From the NCBI RefSeq assembly GCF_037042905.1, contig NC_087249.1:9612001-9676000 (forward strand): a DNA stretch of 64,000 nt, given 5' to 3'. This document shows positions 48,758-59,880 of this stretch, one piece after another. A program made the position numbers and the translations under genes. The stretch comes from Lytechinus pictus (lineage: Eukaryota). Below the pieces are notes generated by a model. The model ran no database searches. It was not told where the DNA came from and worked only from the letters and a program-made list of their open reading frames with translations. The first letter of the stretch is position 1; each line of letters starts with the position of its first letter.

Positions 48758-50411
48758 CACTGGCGTAAATCCCGGGGGGGATGGGGGGGATATATCCCCC
48801 CCACTTTTCGAGGAGGGGGGGATGGCCTGTACAAACATCCCCCCCACTTTTTACGAAAGAAATGAAAAAAGAAATTACAAGAGAGAATTGTTTTATTGGT
48901 GAAAACTCTTCCTGAAATACAGCTTAACAAATAAAACAATATTATTGAATCATAAAATGCCAATAAAGAGCCAGTTTACCATTTCCAAACGAAATACTAA
49001 TGTCCTTATTATAACATTGAAGAGAAACCCCCGTTTCTTCCAAATTATCAATGTTGGGGTCTTTGGAAAGGGATTAAGATGGAATGTCAATTTTTTTTTA
49101 ATGTAATCTCTAATAAAACCATTAAACCATCATGGGGTAAAAAAGATAATAATATTGGAGGGGTATTTGCCATATGGACATACGGTGGCGTAACTACGGG
49201 GGGGGGGGGCATGGGGGGCACGTGCCCCCCCCCCCCCAATCGGCTGACCAAAAAAAACCGGGGAAAAGGAGAAAAGGGGGAGAAAGGACTATATATATTA
49301 TGTTACATTACATAAGAAACATTTTTATCATAACTTTATGAAACATAATTTGCCCAGGGCCTACGTCTTCATTGTTCCTGGTGCTCGCATTGTCTGTTTG
49401 ACGAGATATATAATCCTGTTGTACTAAAACATCCCGTTTTCAAGTCAATATAAACCAAATATATTTCCTATAGCACTTGAGTTATCATTGTTTTATGTAG
49501 TGACATATGCTTCTTTTTCACGACTCAAAAAGTGATCGCCCCACGTTAAGGTCTTCCTATATATGAAACATTTCCTGTCCGTGATTACGTTCGCATTAGT
49601 GGATTGGTGAGGTATGTCTGCTTATCATGAATTCCTAAAATCAGTCCTTAAAATGTCCCTTCTTCTGATCTAATTATCAAAAATTTTCAGCTCGCGCTTC
49701 GCGCTCGCATCATTTGGTTAATGATATACGTATGGTCCTACAGTAGTTACTTCCTACAAAGAAACCTCAGAATGCCCCACTTCAGGTCTGAATTATCTAA
49801 ATTTTCAGCTCGCGCTTTGCGCTCGATATATTTGATTAGTGAGATAATCATGATTGTAATGACTACAAAAAGTGTTTCATGTGTTCAGATGTAATTCTAA
49901 TAAAATCAGCAAGCGCTTGGCACTCGCATTAGATGACTATGGTGAGATATGCATACTCTTAATGGATTCCTAAAATATATTCCTTAAAATCTCGCTGTTT
50001 GGGGTCAGAATATACGAAAACTTCAGCTCGCGCTTCGCGCTCGCATTGTTTAGCGAGACAGGTACCTATCATGATTACACAAATTTGATTATAATGTCCC
50101 TTTTTAGGTGTGAATATAAACAAATTTCAGCTCGCGCTTCGCGCTCGCATTATTTGGTCAGTGAGATACATATCTGTTTAATGACATTGTCCTTAAAATG
50201 TCTCTATTAGGTCAGAATAACTGGCAACTGAGCGCGCTCACTCAGTGATTCAAAAATTTTGCTGGTGCCCCCCCCCCATGCCGTGACCCACGGTACGCCA
50301 CTGTGGACATATCAATGACATTTCCTTGCATATCTAAAAACATGATTGCAAAAAAGATGCCAAAATATTTCAGTCATCCCCCCCACCCATCAACACGGAT
50401 TTACGCCAGTG
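48758..50411. mobile_element. hAT-like non-autonomous element, TIR CACTGGCGTAAATCC, 8-bp TSD ATGATTAT
   Basis: TSD at 48750-48757 and 50412-50419; subterminal G/C tracts. Confidence 0.88.
49183..50303. mobile_element. Nested hAT-like element, TIR C(A/G)GTGGCGTA, 8-bp TSD TGGACATA, internal ~110-bp repeats
   Basis: TSD at 49175-49182 and 50304-50311; repeated TTCAGCTCGCGCTT(C/T)GCGCTCG motif. Confidence 0.88.
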
Positions 50412-50710
50412 ATGATTATTATAATATACATTATAGATGTTATTACGAATTATACATGTATACCCTACCGAATATTAGGCCTATATAATGATTTTATCCA
50501 CATTAAATCAAATCCAATCTCGTTAGTCATAGAAATGTGAAAAAGTTCTCTATATATCAGTTCAATAGCGGTCAATATAATGGAGTTCACCGGGGTAAAT
50601 ATAAACCATTCAATGCAAATATAAGTGTTTGTTTCATTGCATTTTGTTTCATTTACATTCGGTTTGAGTTAAGTTAATTCATTTCTTAATTCTTCGCATG
50701 TAATCCCTCC

Positions 50711-51508
50711 TGGGCCCCGGCTTACAAAGAGTTACGATTGATCCAATCAATCGTAACTCTATGGAAATCCATCAATATCATACTTTTGTCTACGAAAAGT
50801 CCTTTGTATGCAAACAGGAGCACAGTGAATTTTCAAGAAAACAATGAATGCATGAATATACATCATAGCTAGAAAATATTTTGAACAAACATGCATAATA
50901 GATGTTGCTGGCCCCCCCGGGGGGGGGGGGGGCACTCAGTATATAATGCATAGTGGGTATGTGCCGCGGAGGGGACCCCCATTTTTACACTCAAATTTCC
51001 GTTCCGAGGCATAGCATTTTTGTCTTATTGAGAAAAAGAACAAAGAAAGCCGCTCCAAAGCATAGCATTTTCTTCTTCTCGAGAAAAAAGAAGAAAAAAA
51101 TCCGCTCCAGGGCTTCGCATATTTTCCGGTACGCCGTTCCGGTCGCAATTTTGGTGAAAAGCGGCTGCAGCTCGCTGTCCGACCATCGCCTCTGCGCTAG
51201 CGCGCCCGTCAGTCGTGCCGCCGGGCTAGCTGCATGCACGTTCCATAGGGATGCATACGCACTCGCACGCAGGCGACCCGTTCCAAGGACCCCCGTTTTC
51301 ACAAACATTTGTAGTTCCGAAGCCCGTTCCGAGGACCCTCCTTTTTACAATTCGCCCGCTCCAAGGCCCCCGTTTTTTTGTCTCGCCCGCGGCACACCCC
51401 TACCACTTTTCTGGTCGAGTGCATGCCCCCCCCCCCCCCCGGGTGCTGGCCGTCCATAGTTGCGATTGATCGGATCAATCGTATAAACTCTTTGTAAGAC
51501 GGGGCCCT
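50711..51508. mobile_element. Harbinger-like MITE interrupted by a CCCGGG-ended element at about 50914-51443
   Basis: TIR GGGCCCCG.CTTACAAAGAGTT / AACTCTTTGTAAGACGGGGCCC; insert flanked by TGCTGGCC repeats (50906-50913, 51444-51451); same MITE family at about 36007-36471. Confidence 0.78.
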
Positions 51509-52140
51509 GGGGTGCATAGGGCAATATTGCAACAATGGGATGACCACCACTGTGTGTCTGTATATTCTCTTGTTTTCTTCAACAGTTTCTTATAATTTCT
51601 CACAGTAGATCTTCAACGATACCTGATTCCTTCAGAACTTCTCTCTTTTTTGCAGAAGTTCTTTCCTTTTCCCATAGGACGTTGATTTGACGATAAATGG
51701 GCGTGGTGTCAATGATATCCGATCGGGACAGGGACCTGTCCCTCTCATGCGATCTATCGATGTCGGAGAGGACCTTAAGCCGTCGGTCCTCTGGTTGCTT
51801 GCTTATACAAGCATTCATGCTTCCTTAGCAATCAGGGGAAAAATCAACACCATTTACCATGTCAAACTCAGACACAACAGTGTCGGTGTTTTATCACTTT
51901 ATTTCATTTTTCCATGAGATCCTGATACGTGACGTATATATACCAGGATATAGTTCCAGATTGTTAACACATCGATCAAGCATTTCGACTTACTTAGGAT
52001 TTTTCTTATTTTTTTGTTAGATACTGAATCTCTCTATTCTCGGCATCCATTTTCTATTTGTAGACCATAGATGGAGCTCTGCATTTTTTCCAAGACAAAG
52101 CGCTCAATTAATTCTGACATTTTTTAAAATCATAAAGTCA

Positions 52141-53034
52141 ACAAGTGGAATGCCTCTGGCCGTCTCACCTGCATCACGCGATTCAATATAGCAGCAGTGC
52201 TGATTTTGAAAACTACTATAACTCGCACAAGATGTTCAGTGATACTTGGTTACTCTTATTTCCATGTTTTATGAACTAGACCAATACACTTATAGAGATA
52301 TGATGGCAATTCAACAAATACCCCCAACGTGGCCAAAGTTCTTTGACCTTACATGACCTTTGACCTTGATCATGTGACCTGAAACTCGCACAGGATGTTC
52401 AGTGATACTTGATTACTATTATGTCCAAGTTTTATGAACTAGACCAACACACTTTCAAATTTATGGCTGTAATTCAACAAATACCCCAATTTGGCCAAAG
52501 TTCATTGACCCTAAATGACCTTTGACCTTGATCATGTGACCTGAAACTTGCACAGGATGTTCAGTTATACTTGATTACTATTATGTCCAAGTTTCATGAA
52601 TCAGATCGATAAACTTTCAAAGTTATGATGGTAATTCAACAGATACCCCCAATTCGGCCAAAGTTCATTGACCCTAAATGACCTTTGACCTTGGTCATGT
52701 GATGTGAAACTCATGCAGGATGTTCAGTGATACTTGATTAACCTTATGTATAAGTTTCATGAACTAGGTCCATATATTTTCTAAGTTATGATGACATTTC
52801 AAAAACTTAACCTTAGGTTAAGATTTTGATGTTGATTCCCCCAACATGGTCTAGGTTCATTGACCCTAAATGACCTTTGACCTTGGTCATGTGACATGAA
52901 ACTCAGGCAGGATGTTCAGTAATACTTGATTAACCTTATGGCCAAGTTTCATGAACTAGGTCCATATACTTTCTAAGTTATGCTGTCATTTCAAAAACTT
53001 AACCTCAGGTTAAGATTTGGTGTTGACGCCGCCG

Positions 53035-53068
<34 letters not shown>

Positions 53069-53120
53069 CGCCGTCGGAAAAGCGGCGCCTATAGTCTCAC
53101 TCTGCTATGCAGGTGAGACA
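52141..53120. mobile_element. Non-autonomous Helentron-type (HINE/pearl-like) element with an internal ~162-bp tandem array
   Basis: Subterminal inverted repeat GTCTCACCTGCAT (52162) / ATGCAGGTGAGAC (53107), terminal hairpin, (GCC)n at about 53028-53075, about 5 tandem units, inserted in an A/T run without a TSD. Confidence 0.75.
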
Positions 53121-53127
53121 AAAAGGG

Positions 53128-53166
53128 GCCTAAGCTTTCGATCCTAGCAGAATCTTCGTCGGAGGC
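53128..53166 (-). ncRNA. Minimal type I hammerhead ribozyme motif (core variant CCGACGA) at the Penelope 3' end
   Basis: Minus strand: GCCT-CCGACGA-A-GATTCT-GCT-AGGATC-GAAA-GC-TT-AGGC. Stem I GCCT/AGGC, stem II GATTCT/AGGATC, GAAA core, palindromic AAGCTT in place of stem III. Confidence 0.75.
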
Positions 53167-54088
53167 AAAATGACAAACATATAAAGTGGAACAACCATAA
53201 TATAGACCACAAACAAGCTACAGCAACACTAGAAACAAGGAGACAAAAGGGGCATTAGTGAGTAGAGAAGACCAATCAGGTTAGTGAAGGGGATGAAAGA
53301 AAAGGAGTAGGCAGACACAAAGGGAAGTTAGTGTAAGTAAGGCCAAGAGGGATTAAGATAATGAGGCAGGCAACATCAAACAGGATCTGGAACAAAACAG
53401 TGATAGAGGGATGAATAACTAGAGAATTAGTGAGAGGTGGGTCAAACAGGTTACAAAGAAAGGCTTCATAAACTGGTGCATAAGAGTGGGGGGGGGGGGG
53501 GAAAGAAGAAAAAGAATGGGGAACAACTGATAATGTGCAAAAGACATATAAGTATATATGATAAAGCATTAAACAAACTAAGAGAAGAAGGTAAGTGTAA
53601 ATATGTATCTATAAGTGATATGTATATAAATATATCCAAAAAAGAAATGTATATGAAAAAATATATAAATATATACACATATGGTGTAACTGATATGGTA
53701 ATCCGCTAGGTGTGACGGGAAAAAACATAAGACTATATAGAAGGAAAGAAAAAAAATCTGTATATGTGAAAAAGAGGAAGCAAATTGCCTAAAAAGGTAA
53801 AAGCAAATATAGAAGAGAGGGGGTGTATTATGAAGAAACCATAGTATACATGTAAATAAGCAAATGTGGTGAATCTAAAAGAGGTGAGTGGAGAAAAAAC
53901 AAATATATATATATATATATATATAATAATAATTATTATATCGCCTGAATAAGGAAGGAAAAATTGGAGCTGAGCTTGTATGAGATATGGGAGGAAAGTA
54001 GAGTAAGAAACTATAATGTAACTATTCAAAAGAGCTGAGGGGAAAAATTATATGTATATATAAATTGAAAGTGGATAGGAAAGAAAAA

Positions 54089-56346
54089 TCAGTCGTTCCC
54101 CTCTTGGATGTTCAGGCCATGAGGTTGGGTGGTGCGAAGTCGTCTCATCCAGAGCTTCTCCCTGCTATTACGGACTGAGTCAGGACGGGTACCTAAAGAT
54201 TCGATGCCCTGTAGCATCATGTCAGTGATGGAGTGGTTGGGAAGGTTAAAATGGCGGCCAACTGGAGTGTCCAGCTTTGCTGTGTTGACGGTGGATCTGT
54301 GCCCGTAGAATCGTTTCTTGAGTGTGGTCTTGGTTTCCCCTATGTATTGTACCCTACAAACTCTGCAAGTGATGAGATATACAACATTAGTGGTAGTGCA
54401 TGTGATGTTGCCCTTGATTTGGTGAGACAGGCTGGTAGAGTTGCTGGTGAAAGTATCGCCCTCGTGAAGGTGTATTTCACATATGATGCACCTGTTGCTG
54501 GTGCATTTGAAGGTGCCATGCTGTATGGGAGAAGAATGGTTAGTGAGGGAGGGCACTTCAGCACGAACAATGAGGTCCCTGAGATTCGGTGGGCGTCGGT
54601 ATGCTAGAAGGGGAGTATCGGGAACGGCCTGTTGGAGACGATCAGAAGTGTGTAAAATGTGGTGGTTATCAAACAGGATTTTGCGGAGAGGGGGTAGATT
54701 GGGATGGAAGGTGGTCACAAGCGGTATTCTGTCGGTGGTCTCCTTGTCACTTTTTGGTTTGAGAACTTCAGATCTGGGGAGAGAACGAACTTTGTTAATT
54801 GCCAGTTGGACTGCCCTGGCCCCGTGGCCCCTAGCACAGAGATGTTTCTGCAGATTCCTGGCATGGAAGGAAAAATCAGGGTCCTCGGAGCAGATACGGC
54901 GAAGTCTGAGGGCTTGACTGTAAGCGATGCCGGTTTTGCAGTGACGGGGTGGCAGCTGGATGAGTGGAGGTACTGGTGGGTATCTGTGGGTTTAGAGTAT
55001 AGGGTAGTGGTGATACCATTAGACTTTTTCTGGACTGTAACATCAAGGAAGTGGGTTTCCTGTTGGGAGAAATCAGAAGTGAATTGGATGGTCCTGTGGA
55101 AGGAATTGATGTGGTCAATGAATGTATGGAGGCTGTCTTCATCCCTGGTCCAGATGAAGAAAATGTCGTCTATGTAACGCCACCAAATCCATGGGCGACA
55201 GGGGGCTGAATCTAACATCTGCTGTTCCAGCTTCGTCATGAAGAGACAGACGAATGAAGGAGCCATCCGGGTGCCCATTGCTGTACCGAATATCTGTAGG
55301 TAGTGCTTGCCCATGAATGTGAAGTTGTTTTTTGTTAGTACATGAGACATCAGAGATTTGATATCGGATATGGGGGGACTGGAATGGCCACTGGCGGCCA
55401 AGGCTTCACATGATGCTTGGATACCTTCGTCGTGGGGAATGCTGGTGTACAGTGAAGAAACATCGAAAGTGCCGATGATCGCAGTCTCGGGTATCTGGTC
55501 CTTGATGTCATTTAGTTTCCTGAGAAAGTCTGGAGTGTCGTGGATGTAAGAGGGTGCACGTGAGACAAGGGGCTTAATGTGGTAATCAACAAAAAGGGAG
55601 ATGTTCTCTGTTGAGGAACCATTTCCTGAGAGGATGGGTCGACCGGGGTTGCCAGGTTTGTGGATCTTCGGGAGGAGATAGAAGCGGGCAGGTTTAGCAT
55701 TAGTGGGAGAGAGAAATTTGTGGGCCTTCTCAGAGAGATACTCGCGTTCTTTCATGTCATTCAGTGTCGATTGGATCTGTAGGGAGAAATTACAAGTAGG
55801 GTCAGAATCGAGGAGTGCATAGTGAGATCGATTATTGAGATGTTTCATGGCTTCATCGATGTACTGCTGGCGGTCCATAACAACGACGGCTGATCCTTTG
55901 TCTGCAGGCTTGATGATGATGTCGGACCTGTTTTTGAGTGATGAGAGAGCCTGGCGTTCTTCTCGAGGAAGGTTGTCATGTGCTCTGGTGTCGAGGGTAT
56001 CTGTGGAGCGAACTTGGGATGAGACAGCTTGGATGTAAGTTTCAAGGGAAGGAACTCTATTCTTAGGTGGAATCCATGTGCTTTTCTTGTAGAAGGGCTC
56101 GGGATCAGAAGGGGGTGCATCTAAAAAGAACTCTTTGAGACGTATCCTGCGATAGAATGTAGAGAGGTCTTGGCTGAGAGCTATCTGTTCAACTTCTGGT
56201 GGCGTGGGGCAAAACTTGAGACCTTTAGAGAGAAGAGAGGTTTCTGCTTGGGAGAGAGGGGAGGATGAGAGATTAACAACCAAATGGGGGGATACATCAT
56301 TGTTGTTGGTATGTCGTCTAAATCTGTTTGACCGTTGTCGCTTCTT
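54089..56346 (-). pseudogene. Penelope-like RT-endonuclease ORF interrupted by one 1-bp frameshift at 54946-54949
   Basis: Open from KKRQRSNRFRRH..VVNLS to HSSSCHP. Adding one C gives ...CHPRHCKTGIAYSQALRLRRICS...RGHG...RIPLVTTFHP, in frame with the 54089-54718 endonuclease ORF. Confidence 0.9.
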
Positions 56347-57517
56347 TTACAGATTTTTTTAAATCAACAGCTCTACTGACAGCGGACTCAAGAATCATAC
56401 AGAACTTTTCTTTCTGTAAAGGGTCTTTAATTAATTGGCAACTTACGATGTTATGATTTCCCCCTCCTAGTAATCATGCTATCCAAAAGGAGTTCATTTC
56501 TTTTACTAGTTGTTCCTTTCAATAAAAATCTCTTCCCGCCCTTTTACACGGTAAAAAAACATCGTAATTTGAATGATTATTCCAGTGAAAAGTAAGGCTA
56601 ACGTCAATGACGAATATTTAGCACGTGTGAAACCGAACTAGAACATGATTAGAATCACGAACGCTAATCAAAGTCACGATTACAATAGCAATCATCATTA
56701 CAATGATGATTCAATTAAGATTCATGTGTGAAAGGCCCTTCGTTATATCAAACCAAATACTAAGCATCTCCTGGTATTACCTTCTTTATCTTACAGAAAA
56801 ATGAAACCGAAAATCTAATACCACATAATACCATTGATAAATACATGCAGGATAATTAAAACGAATCCACTTATACCCCAATTTTGTTTCTTTCCAGATA
56901 TGGAGTACCACCTCTTCAATGTTGGGATTCTTCAGGTTCGAAGTCTCTTGATGGAGATCGCCATTATCGCGGGGTTCAGTGGTCCAAAATTGTGACGTCA
57001 GCGAAGAACTCCACCTCTAGATACCTACGTTTGCCAATTATAGATTCTATTTTATCACTAATAAATTATACACATAAAACTCATATAGATAATAATATGA
57101 ATATACACATAAAAATCATAAATATATTGTCCTTTTTTCCTCATCAATGAATTTGAGCGATAACTGATATTTTTCTTGCATAGGCCTATATATATACTGT
57201 ACATTACGTTTTAAAGATTTTGATGATAAAATCATTTTGATTTGATTTGAATTTGATTTGATTTTAAAACCTTATCTACGATTTCCGAATTGGCAAATTG
57301 GCCCGCAAATTGGTAAGTGAAAATTAATCGTCGCTTTTTCGGTTAATTATCGCTAGCCAAATTATTGTAATATACCTGCTATTGAAAACTTGGACTTTAT
57401 TTCTTTTACCTTCTCCTTTATAAAATAAAAAACCCTCTTCATTATATCAAACTAGATACTTAGCATCTCCTCATTACAAACTGAATGGCCGATTAATCTG
57501 TCCCATTCTACAACGTT

Positions 57518-58146
57518 TTATTTACCCAGGGCAAGGACGTAGGCTGGTTTGAGCATGGGGAGGTGCACATCCTGCATGGGGAGGTGGAACTAAAGTGGTA
57601 TGGGAGGTGCACATCTTGGGAAGATGGAACTAAAGTTTGGAAAATCAGCTTTTGTAAGCAGAAGAAGGGGTACACAATTTCGTTTTGCTTACCAGTTTTG
57701 GAACTCCTCTGCCCAAGCGGGTGGGTGAACGTGCACCCGGTGCACCCACCCCCCCCCCCCCAGCCAACGTCCTTGCAGGGTAGCCGCGCCATGCTGACCT
57801 TGCATAACATAACATGTTATTATTCCTTCTCCATTCTCAATGCTGAGCGCCTATAGCAAAGAGACAGAGGGTCCCATTTTCATAAATTTGTTAGTCGTAA
57901 GTTACTAGAACAGAGTTATTTCTGACTAGAATATATGTCAGAAATGTGACTAGACACATAAGTTGCACCCAGCTGACTACTGGTCTAGTCAGTTTGACCA
58001 TGGACCTATTACGAAGGTCCATGGTTTGACTGATATGTTTTAAGAGTTTAATAAGTCTTCGGTATGACTCGGCCGGGGATTGAACCCACGACCTCCCGTT
58101 CACGAGGCGCCTCAGATGCGGGCGCTCTACCGGTGAGCCATCATGC
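57518..58146 (-). mobile_element. tRNA-derived SINE (family of 3153-3390) interrupted by two insertions
   Basis: Minus strand TGGCTCACCGGTAGAGCG...GGTTCAATCCC...GAGTCATACCGAAGACTTAT; tail split by 57532-57775 and a further ~170-bp insert. Confidence 0.8.
57532..57775. mobile_element. 244-bp element, TIR CAAGGACGT.GGCTGG, 5-bp TSD CAGGG, inserted in a SINE tail
   Basis: CAGGG|CAAGGACGTAGGCTGG...CCAGCCAACGTCCTTG|CAGGG; removing it restores TTTACCCAGGGTAGCC of the SINE. Confidence 0.85.
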
Positions 58147-58223
58147 AGGACCAAAACCACGCCCCTTTCTTTTCTTTTTCCTCACTTAAGAGTGTTTGGC
58201 TTGTAATGGCAATCTCGGAGCTC

Positions 58224-58379
58224 ATACCTCAGTCACATTTCCCCCTACGACGGCCGTACAGCGAGTCGAAAACTGCAATTTTAACTTCTTTTTTGGTAAT
58301 AGCTACATAATGCGGGTCGAATAAAACGGCTTTATCGACCGGCCATACGGCCGCCGTAGAGCAAATGTGACTGAGGTAT
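58224..58379. mobile_element. Short TIR element ATACCTCAGTCACATTT / AAATGTGACTGAGGTAT
   Basis: 17-bp perfect TIR extended by CTACG.CGGCCGTA / TA.GGCCGCCGTAG. Confidence 0.75.
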
Positions 58380-58915
58380 TAGCTTGGTCGAAGTTCACTT
58401 ATGAAGACCGTGAAGAAAATATGCAGAACTTAGTATCTGGGTCTCCTAGTACACCTATTGCAGTTTATACTCGAAGGTGTATGGCCAAGCCCTTGCACTT
58501 GCAAACAAATATCCATATTCAAAATTAAAAAAAACATATCATCAAAATATATAGGAGGATTAAAAATCCACGGCAAGTTACTCTCCTCGTATTGATCGGT
58601 AAGTAGGATTTTTTATTTCATTTTTTTTTTGGAAAGAGGTAGAACTTAATTGCAATCATTGAGATAGGCATATTTGTTTTCAGGTTACGTGCAACTCGTG
58701 TTGGCCAAAATAGAACTTTTTATCTTTAGTATGTTCATTTCCACTATGATGTGTTGATATAATTTATTGTTCTGAATACTAATTCAGCCCCCCCCCCCCC
58801 GTCATAAAATTTCCATTGAATAGGGCTATCACAGCACGGCGGTGCACAAAAGTAAGTAAACCCATGTACCTACTAGGTCCATGGTTAACCCCATCAGAAA
58901 ATAAATGTATTTAAA

Positions 58916-59221
58916 GGCCCGTATTCTGAAGTCGGGTTTAACTTAAACTCTGGTTTAAAGTTGTGGTTTAAGTATGGAGAGCCAATTGTTACATAAATCA
59001 CTAACAGTAGAGATCTCATACTTCAGCTCATTTGGCTCTCAAATCAATTGTGTAGGAAGTATAAATAGATTATTGTCTTCACCATCGATGAATCAGGTAA
59101 GAGCACAGTAAACATAAGAAATATACAACTTAATTTAAAAATTTGATACTTTTGGCTTCCCATACTTAAACCACAACTTTAAACCTGAGTTTAAGTTAAA
59201 CCCGACTTCAGAATACGGGCC
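58916..59221. mobile_element. Harbinger-like MITE with ~60-bp near-perfect TIRs, 3-bp AAA flanks
   Basis: GGCCCGTATTCTGAAGTCGGGTTTAACTTAAACTC mirrored at the right end; degraded relatives near 41250-41528 and 61410-61869. Confidence 0.82.
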
Positions 59222-59710
59222 AAAGTGTTCAAGTTCTGCTATGTTTTAGCTATTTAATTCAAGTGATGAAATATTACATTCAATAGAATTTGTTTCTCTG
59301 GGCTTGCTGAACATTGTAGTGTTGCATCTACACCCTGTATGAAGGGGGGCATTTTGTAAGTGGGGTTCACTAACTTTTGAGCATTTCTTTATGTCTGACT
59401 ATATACTGGCACTCGATGATGGGCGGCAATCGGGGGGGGGGGGGGGGACAGGGGACCCGGGCCCCCTGAAATTTAGGATTATGTATAGCAGCCTCCGGGA
59501 GAGGGTTGCCTCGCACCCCCTATAGAGGAACTAAACAATCGCCCGAAATAATTTTAAATTCAGTCATAGAATACTACCAGAAGAAATAATCTAATGCATA
59601 TTGAAAATAAATAATATACATGTATATATTTTTTATGCAATACTTGAAAAGTTCCAGAAACCACTTTTCATCTTCTTTTATCTGCAAAGTGTTAACAGAT
59701 TTTAGGCTTA

Positions 59711-59880
59711 CACTCTTAAGATGTTGGGCAACATACTCTCCACGCAGCAATTTGTTTGAAAAAATGGTCAAACTCTGGTTTTCAACCAATACTGTGTAGT
59801 TTTCACCCAAAGCACACATTATTGGTTTAAAACTACCCAGAGTTGTGTGGACAGTATGTTGCCCAACATTTTTAAGAGTG
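59711..59880. mobile_element. CACTA-like MITE, TA flanks
   Basis: TA|CACTCTTAAGATGTTGGGCAACATACT...AGTATGTTGCCCAACATTTTTAAGAGTG|TA. Confidence 0.78.

Larger units (their letters stand above)
53124..56348 (-). mobile_element. 5'-truncated Penelope-like retroelement, probably Neptune-type
   Basis: RT (PADKG, FYLLPKIHK, DVSSLYTSI, GTAMG, WWRYIDD, FLD) then GIY-YIG endonuclease (VYLITC..C..QYIGET...RF..H) preceded by a Cys-rich linker (CTSNRCIIC); about 960-nt 3' UTR ending in a hammerhead motif. Confidence 0.95.

Noticed and set aside
50936..51550. 168-aa and overlapping GC-rich ORFs
   Set aside because: Entirely inside a non-autonomous element; no recognisable domain.
51600..51761. Minus-strand frame ending ...EVLKESGIVEDLL*
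   Set aside because: The upstream part of the ORF is a SINE fragment, and I found no splice acceptor or homology.
54233..56038. Several plus-strand and alternative-frame ORFs
   Set aside because: Shadows of the Penelope ORF.
56898..57020. Exon-like plus-strand segment after TTTCTTTCCAG
   Set aside because: Good acceptor, but no convincing donor, partner exon or recognisable peptide.
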